A stretch of DNA of 64,000 nucleotides from an uncultured bacterium (GCA_937967455.1 CALCJK010000012.1:131422-195421), one strand, 5' to 3'; counted from the first letter of the stretch, positions 47,569 through 57,025 are shown. A program made the numbers and translations. Notes: generated from the sequence alone by a model not told the origin.

Positions 47569-50500
47569 ATGCAAAATATCGTTCAAATATCAAAGTTATA
47601 TGAAGAACTGAAAAAAAGAATCGATGCAGTTCGCCAAAAACAAAATTATTTTAATATCCTGGATGGTGCATTAAAATTTTTATTTGTATTCCTGATTTCA
47701 ACTGTTGCCTTTACTTTACTTAATGCAATAATCCAATTTAATGTATTGGGCAGGACAATCCTTTTTTATACTTTTGTTGTTTTGCAACTTTTTTCTTTTG
47801 CTTTGTTTATAGTTTTTCCAGTATTGAAAAAAATTGGTTTCATAAAATTTGAAAACGATTACCAGATTGCAATTAAAATCGGGAAAAAATTTCCGTTTAT
47901 ACACGATCGACTTCTAAATGTGATTCAGATATATGAAAACAAAGGTAAAGAATTGAAAAATTCTAAAATGCCAATTTACTCTTATGAACTGATTGATTCT
48001 GCATTTTCAGACTTTTTTGAAGAAATAAAAAATATAAACTTCCTGGAAGCAATCGATTATAGAAAATTGAAATCTTCTAATCGGAGGGTATTATATATCT
48101 CGTTCTTTATTTTACTTATATTTGGTTTTTTTCCCAACACAATGTCCAATTCTATATATCAATTATTAAAATATAATGTGAATTTTGTTAAACCACCCGA
48201 AATAAATCTTATCATAACACCAGGTAATACTGAAGTCGTAAAAGGTGAAAATGTTACTATCAAAATTAATGCTGAAGGTGCTCCAGTAAAAATTTTAATG
48301 CTTAATATAAGGCAGGAAGGAGTAACAAAGTTTGAACCTATAATTTTAAAACCAACTTATTTCAATAAAGAATCAAATGATTATTCATTCAGCCACATAA
48401 TTCCAAATATTAAATTTTCAATTGAATATTTTGTAGAAGCATTAAATGTTAAATCAGAAAATTACAAAATAACTGTACTTGATAGACCCGTTATAAAATC
48501 TCTTCAACTTACACTTGATTATCCTAACTATACAAAATTACCACAACGCAAGTTAGAAGAAAATGTTGGAGATGTGTCGGCTCTTCCGGGAACTATTATA
48601 AATTATTCAATCTTATCGAGTAAAAATATTTCTTCAGCAGAATTGATTTTTCAAGATAGTAGTATATTAAAATTTTCAGTTAATGATAATTTAGCTTACG
48701 GTAGAATTAAACTTACAAAGGAAACTTCATATAAGATTATTTTGAAAGATGAAAACAATTTAACAAACGCAGATCCTATAAGCTATCAGCTAAAAATATT
48801 GCCTGATGAGTATCCCTCTGTTTCAATACTTGTTCCAGGTAAGAATACAGATGTGTCGGAGAATATGCTTTTGAATATGCTCTTTAAGATAAAAGATGAT
48901 TATGGTTTTACAAAGATGCAACTTGCATATCGACTTGTTCAATCGAGATATGAATTGCCACAGGAGGAATTTTCTTTTTTGGATGTTCAAATTCCATCAA
49001 AAGAGCAATTAAGTCAGGAATTCTGGTATGATTGGAATTTGGCCGGTTTACGTCTGGTTCCTGAGGATGTTGTAGCTTATTATGTAGAAATTTTTGATAA
49101 TGATTTAGTTAATGGACCTAAATCATCAAAAAGCCCAACATATCTCATTCGACTTCCATCGCTTGAAGAAGTTTTTGAGGATGTGGCTGAAAGTCAAAAG
49201 CAAACAATCGAAACAATGCAAAATGCCGTAAAAGAAGCTGAACAGTTAAAGAAACAACTTGACGAACTTGAAAGAGAAGTAAAGAAAAGTTCTCAAAAGC
49301 TTGATTGGCAACAACAAAAGAAAATTGAAGATTTAAATAAAAAGTATAATGAGCTTCGAAAAAATATAACTGAAGCTGCCAAAAAAGTTGAAGAAATGAT
49401 TCAAAAAATGGAGGAGAATAAACTTCTTTCGCAGCAAACACTGGAAAAATATCTTGAATTACAAAAACTTATGGAGGAGTTGAAAAATCCGGAACTTCAG
49501 GAAGCTTTAAAAAAACTTCAAGAGCGAATGCAACAAATGACTCCAGAACAGATGAAGCAAGCATTACAGCAAATGAATTTTTCAGAAGATGATTTTAAAA
49601 AAAATCTTGAACGAACTCTGGAACTCTTGAAAAGAATACACATTGAACAAAAGGTAGATGAACTAATTAAAAGAACAGAAGAACTTATTAAACAGCAGAA
49701 ATCTCTACAACAGGAAGTAGTAAATACTAATCCTATGGATAAAACAAAATTAGAAAGTTTATTAAAGCAACAGGAAAATATAAAGGAGCAGATTGAAAAA
49801 TTACAGGAACAAGCAAAAAATTTAAAAGAAAAAATGTCTGAATTTCCAGAAGATATGCCATTAGATAAAATGGAAAAAGCTGAGGAGGCTTTAAATCAAA
49901 AGGGGCTGCAGCAGAAATCCAGCAAATCCTCTACACAAATGAAGTCCGGTCAAATGAAAGATGCATCACAAACTCAATCAGAAATGATAAATGACTTACA
50001 GGATTTTCTTGAGCAGATGCAAGATGTCCAGAAATCTATGCAGGAACAAATGCAAAGAGAAGTTTTAAATAAAATGAGGAAAGTTGTTCAGGATTTAATT
50101 GAAACATCTAAGCAGCAGGAAGAATTGAAACAGGAAACAAAAAACCTTGATCCAAATTCACAGCGATTTAGAGAAAATACACAACAACAATTTGGATTGC
50201 TGGAGAATCTTAACAATATTGCCAATTCAATGTCTGAAATTTCAAAAAAATCATTTGCTATAAGTCCAGAAATGGGGAAGGAGATTGGAAATGCAATGAA
50301 GGAAATGGGTCAAGCTTTGCAAAATATGGAACAGAGAAATCCATTTGTTTCATCTCAGAAACAAACAGAAGCAATGATTGCAATGAACAGAGCCGCAATG
50401 TTGATGCAAAATGCTATAAGTGCAATGAAGAAAGGTGGTAGCAAAGGAATGGGAATGGCAAGTTTAATGCAAAGACTTGGTCAGATGGCTGGAATCCAGG

Positions 50501-51009
50501 CTGGAATAAATGCTCAAACTGCTGAAATAATGGGACAAGGACAAGGCTTAACTCCTCAGCAAATGGCTGAGTATGCACGAATTGCAGGTCAGCAAGCTGC
50601 TCTCCAGAAATCGCTTGAACAACTCGCAAAAGAAGCAAAAGATATGGGTGAATTCAGCAAAATGCTTGGAGACCTTGATCGCATCGCTAAAGATATGGCA
50701 GAGGTGCAAACTGACTTAGAACAAGGTGATGTGAATCCGGAAACTTTGAAAAAACAAGAGCGCATACTTTCACGCCTGCTGGATTCACAACGTTCGATGA
50801 GGGAAAGAGACTATGAGAAAAAACGCAGAGCAGAAGTTGCCAAAGATTATAAATACTCTTCACCTGCTGATATTGACCTCACCAGTCAAGAAAACAAAAG
50901 TCGTCTGAGAGAAGAACTTCTAAAAATTTTGGAAGAGAAATATTCAAAGGATTACGAAGAGTTAATACGAAAATACTTTGAGGAACTTGAAAAAATAGAA
51001 AAATGGTAA
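47569..51009 (+). CDS. large membrane-anchored coiled-coil protein (DUF4175-like), 1146 aa
   Basis: Two N-terminal TM helices, beta-rich middle modules, then ~600 aa of Gln/Glu/Lys/Met-rich heptad sequence. Adjacent to a DUF4159 gene, as I recall for DUF4175 proteins. Confidence 0.55.
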   Translation: MQNIVQISKLYEELKKRIDAVRQKQNYFNILDGALKFLFVFLISTVAFTLLNAIIQFNVLGRTILFYTFVVLQLFSFALFIVFPVLKKIGFIKFENDYQIAIKIGKKFPFIHDRLLNVIQIYENKGKELKNSKMPIYSYELIDSAFSDFFEEIKNINFLEAIDYRKLKSSNRRVLYISFFILLIFGFFPNTMSNSIYQLLKYNVNFVKPPEINLIITPGNTEVVKGENVTIKINAEGAPVKILMLNIRQEGVTKFEPIILKPTYFNKESNDYSFSHIIPNIKFSIEYFVEALNVKSENYKITVLDRPVIKSLQLTLDYPNYTKLPQRKLEENVGDVSALPGTIINYSILSSKNISSAELIFQDSSILKFSVNDNLAYGRIKLTKETSYKIILKDENNLTNADPISYQLKILPDEYPSVSILVPGKNTDVSENMLLNMLFKIKDDYGFTKMQLAYRLVQSRYELPQEEFSFLDVQIPSKEQLSQEFWYDWNLAGLRLVPEDVVAYYVEIFDNDLVNGPKSSKSPTYLIRLPSLEEVFEDVAESQKQTIETMQNAVKEAEQLKKQLDELEREVKKSSQKLDWQQQKKIEDLNKKYNELRKNITEAAKKVEEMIQKMEENKLLSQQTLEKYLELQKLMEELKNPELQEALKKLQERMQQMTPEQMKQALQQMNFSEDDFKKNLERTLELLKRIHIEQKVDELIKRTEELIKQQKSLQQEVVNTNPMDKTKLESLLKQQENIKEQIEKLQEQAKNLKEKMSEFPEDMPLDKMEKAEEALNQKGLQQKSSKSSTQMKSGQMKDASQTQSEMINDLQDFLEQMQDVQKSMQEQMQREVLNKMRKVVQDLIETSKQQEELKQETKNLDPNSQRFRENTQQQFGLLENLNNIANSMSEISKKSFAISPEMGKEIGNAMKEMGQALQNMEQRNPFVSSQKQTEAMIAMNRAAMLMQNAISAMKKGGSKGMGMASLMQRLGQMAGIQAGINAQTAEIMGQGQGLTPQQMAEYARIAGQQAALQKSLEQLAKEAKDMGEFSKMLGDLDRIAKDMAEVQTDLEQGDVNPETLKKQERILSRLLDSQRSMRERDYEKKRRAEVAKDYKYSSPADIDLTSQENKSRLREELLKILEEKYSKDYEELIRKYFEELEKIEKW

Positions 51010-51126
51010 TTGATTCTTTATATTAATTTAAAATGTATTAATCATCAAATATCATCAATCAATCGACCTACTGAGTTCTTTAAGACCTAACTAAATGTAA
51101 ATTTTAAGACATAAAGGAGTATTTTT

Positions 51127-53277
51127 ATGAGAAATTTTATATTTAAATTTGTAACTCTGATTTTCTTTATAGTAATATTTCAGATGAATATATTTTCTTC
51201 TGAAAAGCCATCAAGTATTGCATTAAACTCTGTTGAAGATCAGGATACCGCAAAACTTTTCCTGATTGATGAAGTAGTTGTGACTGGTACAAGGACTGCA
51301 AAGAAAATTATTGATGTACCGTATCCAATCCAAAAAATTGATAATTATAATTTTAAGTTTGATAGTAAAATTTCAGTAGATAATGTTTTGAGTGATATAC
51401 CAGGACTTTTCATGCAAAACAGGTATGGTAATCACGATGTGAGAATATCAATTCGTGGATTTGGTAGTCGTTCTAACTCTGGTATAAGAGGTGTGCGCAT
51501 CTTACTTGATGGTATTCCGGAGTCAGAACCCGATGGACAGACAAGAATTGAGGCAATTGATTTTAATTCAGTCGGCACCATTGAAGTTGTACGAGGTAAT
51601 TTATCCTCTCTGTATACTAATGCTCCAGGTGGAGTTATTAATTTCTTGAATGATATTAATTTTACAAGAAACTTTTTTTTAAATTTCAATGAAATAGGAT
51701 CTTACGGATTATCCCGCAATGGTTTTAAAACTGGTATAATAGCAGATAATTTTAAATATCTTTTGAGTTATAGCTATCATAATTATAAAGGTTATCGTGC
51801 TCATAGTCAGGATTACTGGCATATTATTAATTCTGTTTTGCAAACTTCACCGGATCCGTTCACCAAGGTTAACTTATATGCTTATTATGTTGATGGACTT
51901 ATTAAGTTACCCGGCTCATTGACAAAATCTCAATTTGATACTGATCCATACCAGGCAAACCCAAGAGATATAAGTCGAGATACAAGAAGAGTTTCAAAGA
52001 AAGGGCGCTTAGGAATTAGTTATAATACATTTTTTGGTGTAGAAAAAGATAATGAAATTGAATTAACAGGATATATTGCTGTAAAAAACTTCGAGAGAAC
52101 GGCAAAAGATTTTAGAATTATGAATAGAAATGTGCTTGGCGCTTCAACTCGATATATTAATCATACCTATTTATTTGGAATGAAAAATGAGTTCTCCCTT
52201 GGCGGAGATCTTTTCTTACAATATGGTCCGGTCGAAACTTATGACAATATTAATGGAAGAAGAGGTGATGGTGTAAAAGCCCTAGTTGATGATCGTATTT
52301 CAAATGCAGGATTTTATCTCCAAAATTCTACCGACTTAGTACCAGATAAACTAAGTTTGCTTTTATCTGGCCGCTATGATAAAGTCAAATTTGAAAAGAA
52401 AGATCGCGGGCTTGATGTGCGAAGCGACTTTAGAACATATGAAGCATTTACACCAAAATTTGCATTCAATTACAAAATTTTACCTTCTGTAGCTTTGTTT
52501 ACTTCTTATGGATTAAGTTTTGACTCACCCGCAGGGAACGAACTTGATAATTACACAACAAGCTCAACTTATCCAAAGTTATTGAATCCAGATTTAAAAG
52601 CACAAAAATCTACAATAATGGAAGTAGGTTCAAAAGGAAATTTGATTTTTGATGATTGGGTATTCTTCAGAAAGATTAATTTCGAAACTGCAATTTTCAA
52701 TTATATTATCAAAGATGAAATTGTGCCATTTGATGTTGCAGGTGTTGGTGTGTATTATCGAAATGCTGCAAAAACCAATAGATTCGGAGTCGAATGTGGT
52801 TCGGATATTAATATTTATAAGAATCTCAATTTTAAGCTTTCTTATGCTTTTTCAAACTTCAAATATGATGAATATGTCGCTAGAATTGATAGTATTATCA
52901 AAATTGTTGATATACCATACTCTGGTAAATATGTACCAAGTGTTCCAAAGCATAATTTATATTTAGCCCTTTCATATGAACAACCAATTTTGGAAAATAT
53001 TGTGGGATTTATAAAAGTTAGTGATAGATTTGTCAGTAGTATGTATGTTGATGATGCGAATACGGAGAGTACAGATAGTTATCAACTTTTAAATTTGCAT
53101 TTGGGCACAGAGGTAAAATTAGGTAAGTTCAATGTTATTTTTTCATGTGGCGTAAATAATATGTTAGGTAAAACATATATTGGTTTTATAAATATTAATT
53201 CGGATAGAAAAGAATATTATGAAGCTGGTGAACCAAGAAACTATTTTGGAATATTGAATATTGGGTATACATTTTAA
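51127..53277 (+). CDS. TonB-dependent receptor
   Basis: Signal peptide, plug motifs DEVVVTGTRT and IEVVRG, a long beta-barrel, and C-terminal NIGYTF. Confidence 0.88.
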   Translation: MRNFIFKFVTLIFFIVIFQMNIFSSEKPSSIALNSVEDQDTAKLFLIDEVVVTGTRTAKKIIDVPYPIQKIDNYNFKFDSKISVDNVLSDIPGLFMQNRYGNHDVRISIRGFGSRSNSGIRGVRILLDGIPESEPDGQTRIEAIDFNSVGTIEVVRGNLSSLYTNAPGGVINFLNDINFTRNFFLNFNEIGSYGLSRNGFKTGIIADNFKYLLSYSYHNYKGYRAHSQDYWHIINSVLQTSPDPFTKVNLYAYYVDGLIKLPGSLTKSQFDTDPYQANPRDISRDTRRVSKKGRLGISYNTFFGVEKDNEIELTGYIAVKNFERTAKDFRIMNRNVLGASTRYINHTYLFGMKNEFSLGGDLFLQYGPVETYDNINGRRGDGVKALVDDRISNAGFYLQNSTDLVPDKLSLLLSGRYDKVKFEKKDRGLDVRSDFRTYEAFTPKFAFNYKILPSVALFTSYGLSFDSPAGNELDNYTTSSTYPKLLNPDLKAQKSTIMEVGSKGNLIFDDWVFFRKINFETAIFNYIIKDEIVPFDVAGVGVYYRNAAKTNRFGVECGSDINIYKNLNFKLSYAFSNFKYDEYVARIDSIIKIVDIPYSGKYVPSVPKHNLYLALSYEQPILENIVGFIKVSDRFVSSMYVDDANTESTDSYQLLNLHLGTEVKLGKFNVIFSCGVNNMLGKTYIGFININSDRKEYYEAGEPRNYFGILNIGYTF

Positions 53278-54883
53278 AATATTCATTTTACTTTTAATTG
53301 CAGCGAGCTGTATTGGTGGGGAAAAAAATAATTTAGGGAAAAATTTTAGAATATATCCCAGCAATGTTACTCAATCAGAGACATTTATAGTTCGCCATCC
53401 AATACAGCCTGAAATATTATTTGCATGTGCAAATACAATAAACTTAAATACTGGATTTATAAGTGAAGGCATATATGTTTCAACAGATGCAGGAATTTCC
53501 TGGTATGGTAGTGATACTTGTAAAGGTGCTCCAATAAGCTATCATAGAGGAGATCCTGGAATTGCAATTGATAAGAATGGTAATTTTATTCTGATACGTT
53601 TAGGATTTATACCGGGACTTTATTCCCATTATTCAACAGATTTAGGATTAAGTTGGTCAAACCAAAAGCAAATAGCTTCTGAAGATCAGGATCGTGCAGC
53701 ATTAATTTCAGATATTGTTCCATCAAGCAATTATTATGGAAGAACATATGCTGTTTGGGTTGAATTTTCGCCTCCATTTCCAGTAGTTTTTGCTTATACT
53801 GATGATGGTGCAAAAAATTGGTCTCAACCTAAAAGAATCAATAATCCAATCCAGAGAGGTCAGGGAGGCGATGCAGCAATCAGTCCGGATGGAGAAATCT
53901 ATATTTGCTGGGCTGGAGTTATTTCCGTTTCTCCGTTTACTGAGGATTTTATTGGGTTTGCCTCATCAAATGATGGTGGAACTAACTGGTCAGTTAAAGA
54001 AAATATAATTGATATTAATGGAATTGCTGGTGTATTAACACAAAAATCGAATATAAGAGTAAATGGATTACCAAGAATAGATGTTGATAAAAGTAACGGT
54101 CCAAGAAATGGAAATATTTATATAGTAACTACACAAATTAACAAATATCCAGCCGGTAACGACCCGGATATAATATTATATAAATCAACTAATAAAGGAA
54201 TTAGCTGGTCTGATGGTATAAGAGTAAACCAAGATGATTTTAATAATGGTAAGATTCAGTACTTTCCAGCTATACATGTAGATGATCTAGGTGGAATTAA
54301 TATAATTTTTTATGACGACAGGAATACCACAAGCGATTCGACAGGTGTTTTCCTGGCGCGCTCAATTGACGGAGGTGATACCTGGAGTGAATATGAGATT
54401 AGTGATCACAACTTTAAACCTCTACCGATTGGTGGTTTAGGTCAGGGTTATCAAGGGGATAATATCAATATTACTTCAACTGGAAATATTCTTGTGCCTG
54501 TGTGGATGGATAATTCAACAGGAATATATCAGATATGGACCTGTAGAATAAACTTTTTAGAATTAGGTGTGGAGCAGGAAAAAATTGTGCTACAGAGTTC
54601 TTTCTATTTATTTCAAAATTATCCTAATCCATTTAATAAATCTACAATGGTACAGTACTGGCTTGAACAGGGTAGTAATGTGGTTATCAAAATTTTTAAT
54701 ATTTATGGAGAAATGATAAGATTTTATAATGAAGGTTATAAAATTAGAGGTTTGTATAATCTTATCTTTAACTCCGACGAATTGGCAAGTGGTATTTATT
54801 ATTATCAGATGAATGTTTTGCAATCTGGTAAGCTCAATAATAAGATATGGAGTGATACACGGAAAATGATATTGATAAAATAG
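53261..54883 (+). CDS. BNR/Asp-box repeat (sialidase-fold) lipoprotein with T9SS C-terminal sorting domain
   Basis: Six Asp-boxes (STDAGISW, STDLGLSW, TDDGAKNW, SNDGGTNW, STNKGISW, SIDGGDTW) and an N-terminal FRIYP (FRIP-like) motif. The C-terminal ~80 aa (LFQNYPNPFN...GIYYYQM) is a type-A T9SS CTD. The TTG start overlaps the receptor gene. Confidence 0.8.
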   Translation: MGIHFKIFILLLIAASCIGGEKNNLGKNFRIYPSNVTQSETFIVRHPIQPEILFACANTINLNTGFISEGIYVSTDAGISWYGSDTCKGAPISYHRGDPGIAIDKNGNFILIRLGFIPGLYSHYSTDLGLSWSNQKQIASEDQDRAALISDIVPSSNYYGRTYAVWVEFSPPFPVVFAYTDDGAKNWSQPKRINNPIQRGQGGDAAISPDGEIYICWAGVISVSPFTEDFIGFASSNDGGTNWSVKENIIDINGIAGVLTQKSNIRVNGLPRIDVDKSNGPRNGNIYIVTTQINKYPAGNDPDIILYKSTNKGISWSDGIRVNQDDFNNGKIQYFPAIHVDDLGGINIIFYDDRNTTSDSTGVFLARSIDGGDTWSEYEISDHNFKPLPIGGLGQGYQGDNINITSTGNILVPVWMDNSTGIYQIWTCRINFLELGVEQEKIVLQSSFYLFQNYPNPFNKSTMVQYWLEQGSNVVIKIFNIYGEMIRFYNEGYKIRGLYNLIFNSDELASGIYYYQMNVLQSGKLNNKIWSDTRKMILIK

Positions 54884-54884
54884 C

Positions 54885-54913
54885 TTGACATTTTAAAATA
54901 AAATATCTATTTT
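54885..54913 (+). promoter_or_regulatory. possible sigma-70-type promoter (TTGACA-17 nt-TATTTT) upstream of the cytochrome locus
   Basis: A perfect -35 hexamer at 54885-54890 and an AT-rich -10-like hexamer after a 17-nt spacer. AT-rich background makes chance matches common. Confidence 0.25.
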
Positions 54914-54944
54914 GTAAAATCAATAACATATAAAGGGGTAATCT

Positions 54945-55837
54945 ATGAAAAAAATAATTTTTTGATTTTTGATTTTTATTAGTTTTGCTATCTTTGCACA
55001 GGAAAAGAAAGCTGGCGATGAAGCCCTAGGTAGCAGAAAGTATGATGATTTTGAAAAACCAGAAGTTTGTGGTACTTCCTGCCATGTAGATTTCTTCCAG
55101 CAGTGGAAGCAGTCAATGATGTCGCAAGCATATACACATCACTGGGATGAAATTGAATATTTCAAACTTGCCGTACCACATGCTGAAAAAGATCCTAAAG
55201 TGGCTGGTGTAAAAGCTGGCTGCAATGGATGCCATTCACCAATTGCATTCCTGGCTGGTGATGTTCCACCACCTAAACCCGAAGCAAGGTGAAATTTACA
55301 TGCGCACTCTTCAATCAAAAAACTGGACATAAATTCCCAACAGGTTCTGCGGAAGAAAGACTTCTCTGGTTGCATGTCGAAGCTAAGGATTCAAAAGGTA
55401 AAACATATCACCTGAAAGTAGATAAGAAAGGTTTCCCTGGAGAAGAATATACAATTGCTGCAAATACTTTAGCTTATCAGGATATGGGCATTCCATTAAA
55501 TATTCAGGATTTTAAAGGAATTCAAAGGGATGGTATACCAGAAGGTGATAGAATTTTTAGATTGCCTTATCTTGATCCACAAGGACGAATGACAATTATG
55601 CAATGGAATACTGCGTCACATAGTGTTGATTACAGGATTGGTCCACGAGAAACAAAGCTGGAAACATTTACATGGACGATACCTGGAGATGCTGCACCAG
55701 GACCTATGGTTGTAAGAGCTGCGATGTATTACCAAAAACTTCCAGGGCCAGTTGCTGAATTTTTAAATGTTCCAAGAGAAGAAGCAGAACCAATTGAAGT
55801 AAATTTTCACGAAACAATAATAAACATTATTAAATAA
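54945..55837 (+). pseudogene. periplasmic c-type cytochrome (CGTSCH and CNGCH heme sites) with an in-frame TGA in the signal peptide and a frame break at 55277-55292
   Basis: ATG 54945 with an upstream AAAGGGG gives MKKIIF-TGA-FLIFISFAIFAQE, a canonical signal peptide split by a stop. The reading frame ends at TGA 55290 and the protein continues in the -1 frame (VKFTCALFNQKTGHKFPTG...). Confidence 0.65.
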
Positions 55838-57016
55838 ATGAGGAGATTAAAAGTGAGAAATTTGAGAAGTATAATATTAATAATCATTCTTTTAATAATT
55901 ATCCTTTTTGAACAGACATATTCTATTCCTGCATATGCTCGGAAATATGATATGTCATGTAATATATGTCATTCACCTGTTCCTAAATTAAAGCCATATG
56001 GAAGTGAATTTGCAGCAAATGCATATCAGTTAAAGGATAAAGAAGCTCCAAGATTTACCAGGGAAACAGGTGATGATTTCTTATTATTGATGCGCGAACT
56101 TCCAATCGCACTAAGAATAGATGGCTTTGCAAGGTATCAATAAAAAAATGAACCCAAGAATGATATACAATGGCCATTTATTATAAAAATTCTTTCAAGT
56201 GGTCAAATTGCAAAAGACATTTCTTACTTCTTTTATTTTCTTTTTGATGAAAAAGGGGAAATAGCTGGTGTTGAAGATGCATTTCTTTATTTTAATAACA
56301 TAGCCGGTAAAGAATTTGATGTAATGATCGGTCAGTATCAGGTGGCTGATCCAATTTTTAAAAGGGAACTCAGACCAACTTTTGAGGATTACTGGGTTTA
56401 TAAAATAAAACCAGAACAATCTAAAGCTGATTTAACATATGATCGTGGGTTGATGTTGAATTATACATTGCCAACAGAAACTGACTTGTTCGCATCTGTA
56501 CTCAACGGTAATGGAATAGGTCCTGCCAGTGATTTCGGATTTGATGATGATGGATATAAAAACTTTTTCTTTAGAGCTGCACAGTCAATTGGCGAAAATA
56601 TACTTGTTGGTGGTTTAGCATATTTAGGTAAAGAAAGTCGTGTCGATGCATCAACTAAATTAATTAATAAGATAAATATGTTTGGTGCAGATATTAACGT
56701 TGGGCTTGAAAATTTTGAAATAAGTGCACAATTTCTTTACAGAAAGGATACAAATCCAGATTTTATAACTGATGGGACTTCCAAAATTGCTCGGGGTGGA
56801 TTTGCGGAAATTATGTACGCTCCTGATGGGGATAAAAGTAAATGGTATGTGTTTTTACTATATAATAAAATAAAATCTGATTACTTTAAATATCATTCTT
56901 TAACAGGAAACTTTAGTTATCTTCTTGCCAGAAATTTAAAGCTTATGTTTGAATATGGTTATGATTTAGAAGTTAAAGCAAATAATTTTACTATTGGATT
57001 TGTAACTGCATTTTAA
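55838..57016 (+). pseudogene. outer-membrane beta-barrel protein with N-terminal CXXCH heme motif, interrupted by a single in-frame TAA (56141-56143)
   Basis: ORFs 55838-56143 and 56324-57016 are in the same frame. My translation of 56144-56323 is stop-free and protein-like (KNEPKNDIQWPFIIKILSSGQIAKDISYFFYFLFDEKGEIAGVEDAFLYFNNIAGKEFDV). The N-terminus has IPAYARKYDMSCNICH. An alternative start is GTG 55853, after AGGAGA. Confidence 0.7.
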
Positions 57017-57025
57017 TGGAGATAA

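Noticed and set aside
49145-50638. Antisense ORFs 49145-49441 and 50414-50638 in the giant coiled-coil gene
   Set aside because: They are the mirror image of repetitive GAA/CAA/AAA-rich coding sequence and have no independent coding evidence.
54955-54980. Short tandem TTTTGA TTTTGA TTTTTA repeat
   Set aside because: It has only about 3 units, lies in the hydrophobic signal-peptide coding region and is AT-rich by chance. It is not a structured repeat or a CRISPR-like element.
54963-55292. Possibility that TGA is reassigned (Trp/Gly) in this organism, which would explain the two in-frame TGAs in the cytochrome gene
   Set aside because: TGA clearly terminates well-conserved genes at their expected C-termini, for example ruvB at 17211-17213, the aldolase at 3294-3296, M16B at 61200-61202 and the lipoprotein at 41385-41387. 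Reading through TGA 55290 in frame also gives non-protein-like sequence.
55290-55292. Selenocysteine codon in the cytochrome
   Set aside because: The in-frame continuation after the TGA is not protein-like and hits another stop after about 40 codons. The shifted frame carries the obvious coding signal, and I see no SECIS-like hairpin directly downstream.
55277-55292. Programmed -1 ribosomal frameshift
   Set aside because: There is no X-XXY-YYZ slippery heptamer in the overlap (sequence acccgaagcaaggtga) and no evident downstream pseudoknot or hairpin. Two further lesions in the same locus make decay the simpler explanation.
56195-56419. 74-aa minus-strand ORF between the two halves of the barrel gene
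   Set aside because: The + strand frame across this interval is stop-free and continues the barrel protein, so the minus-strand ORF is incidental.
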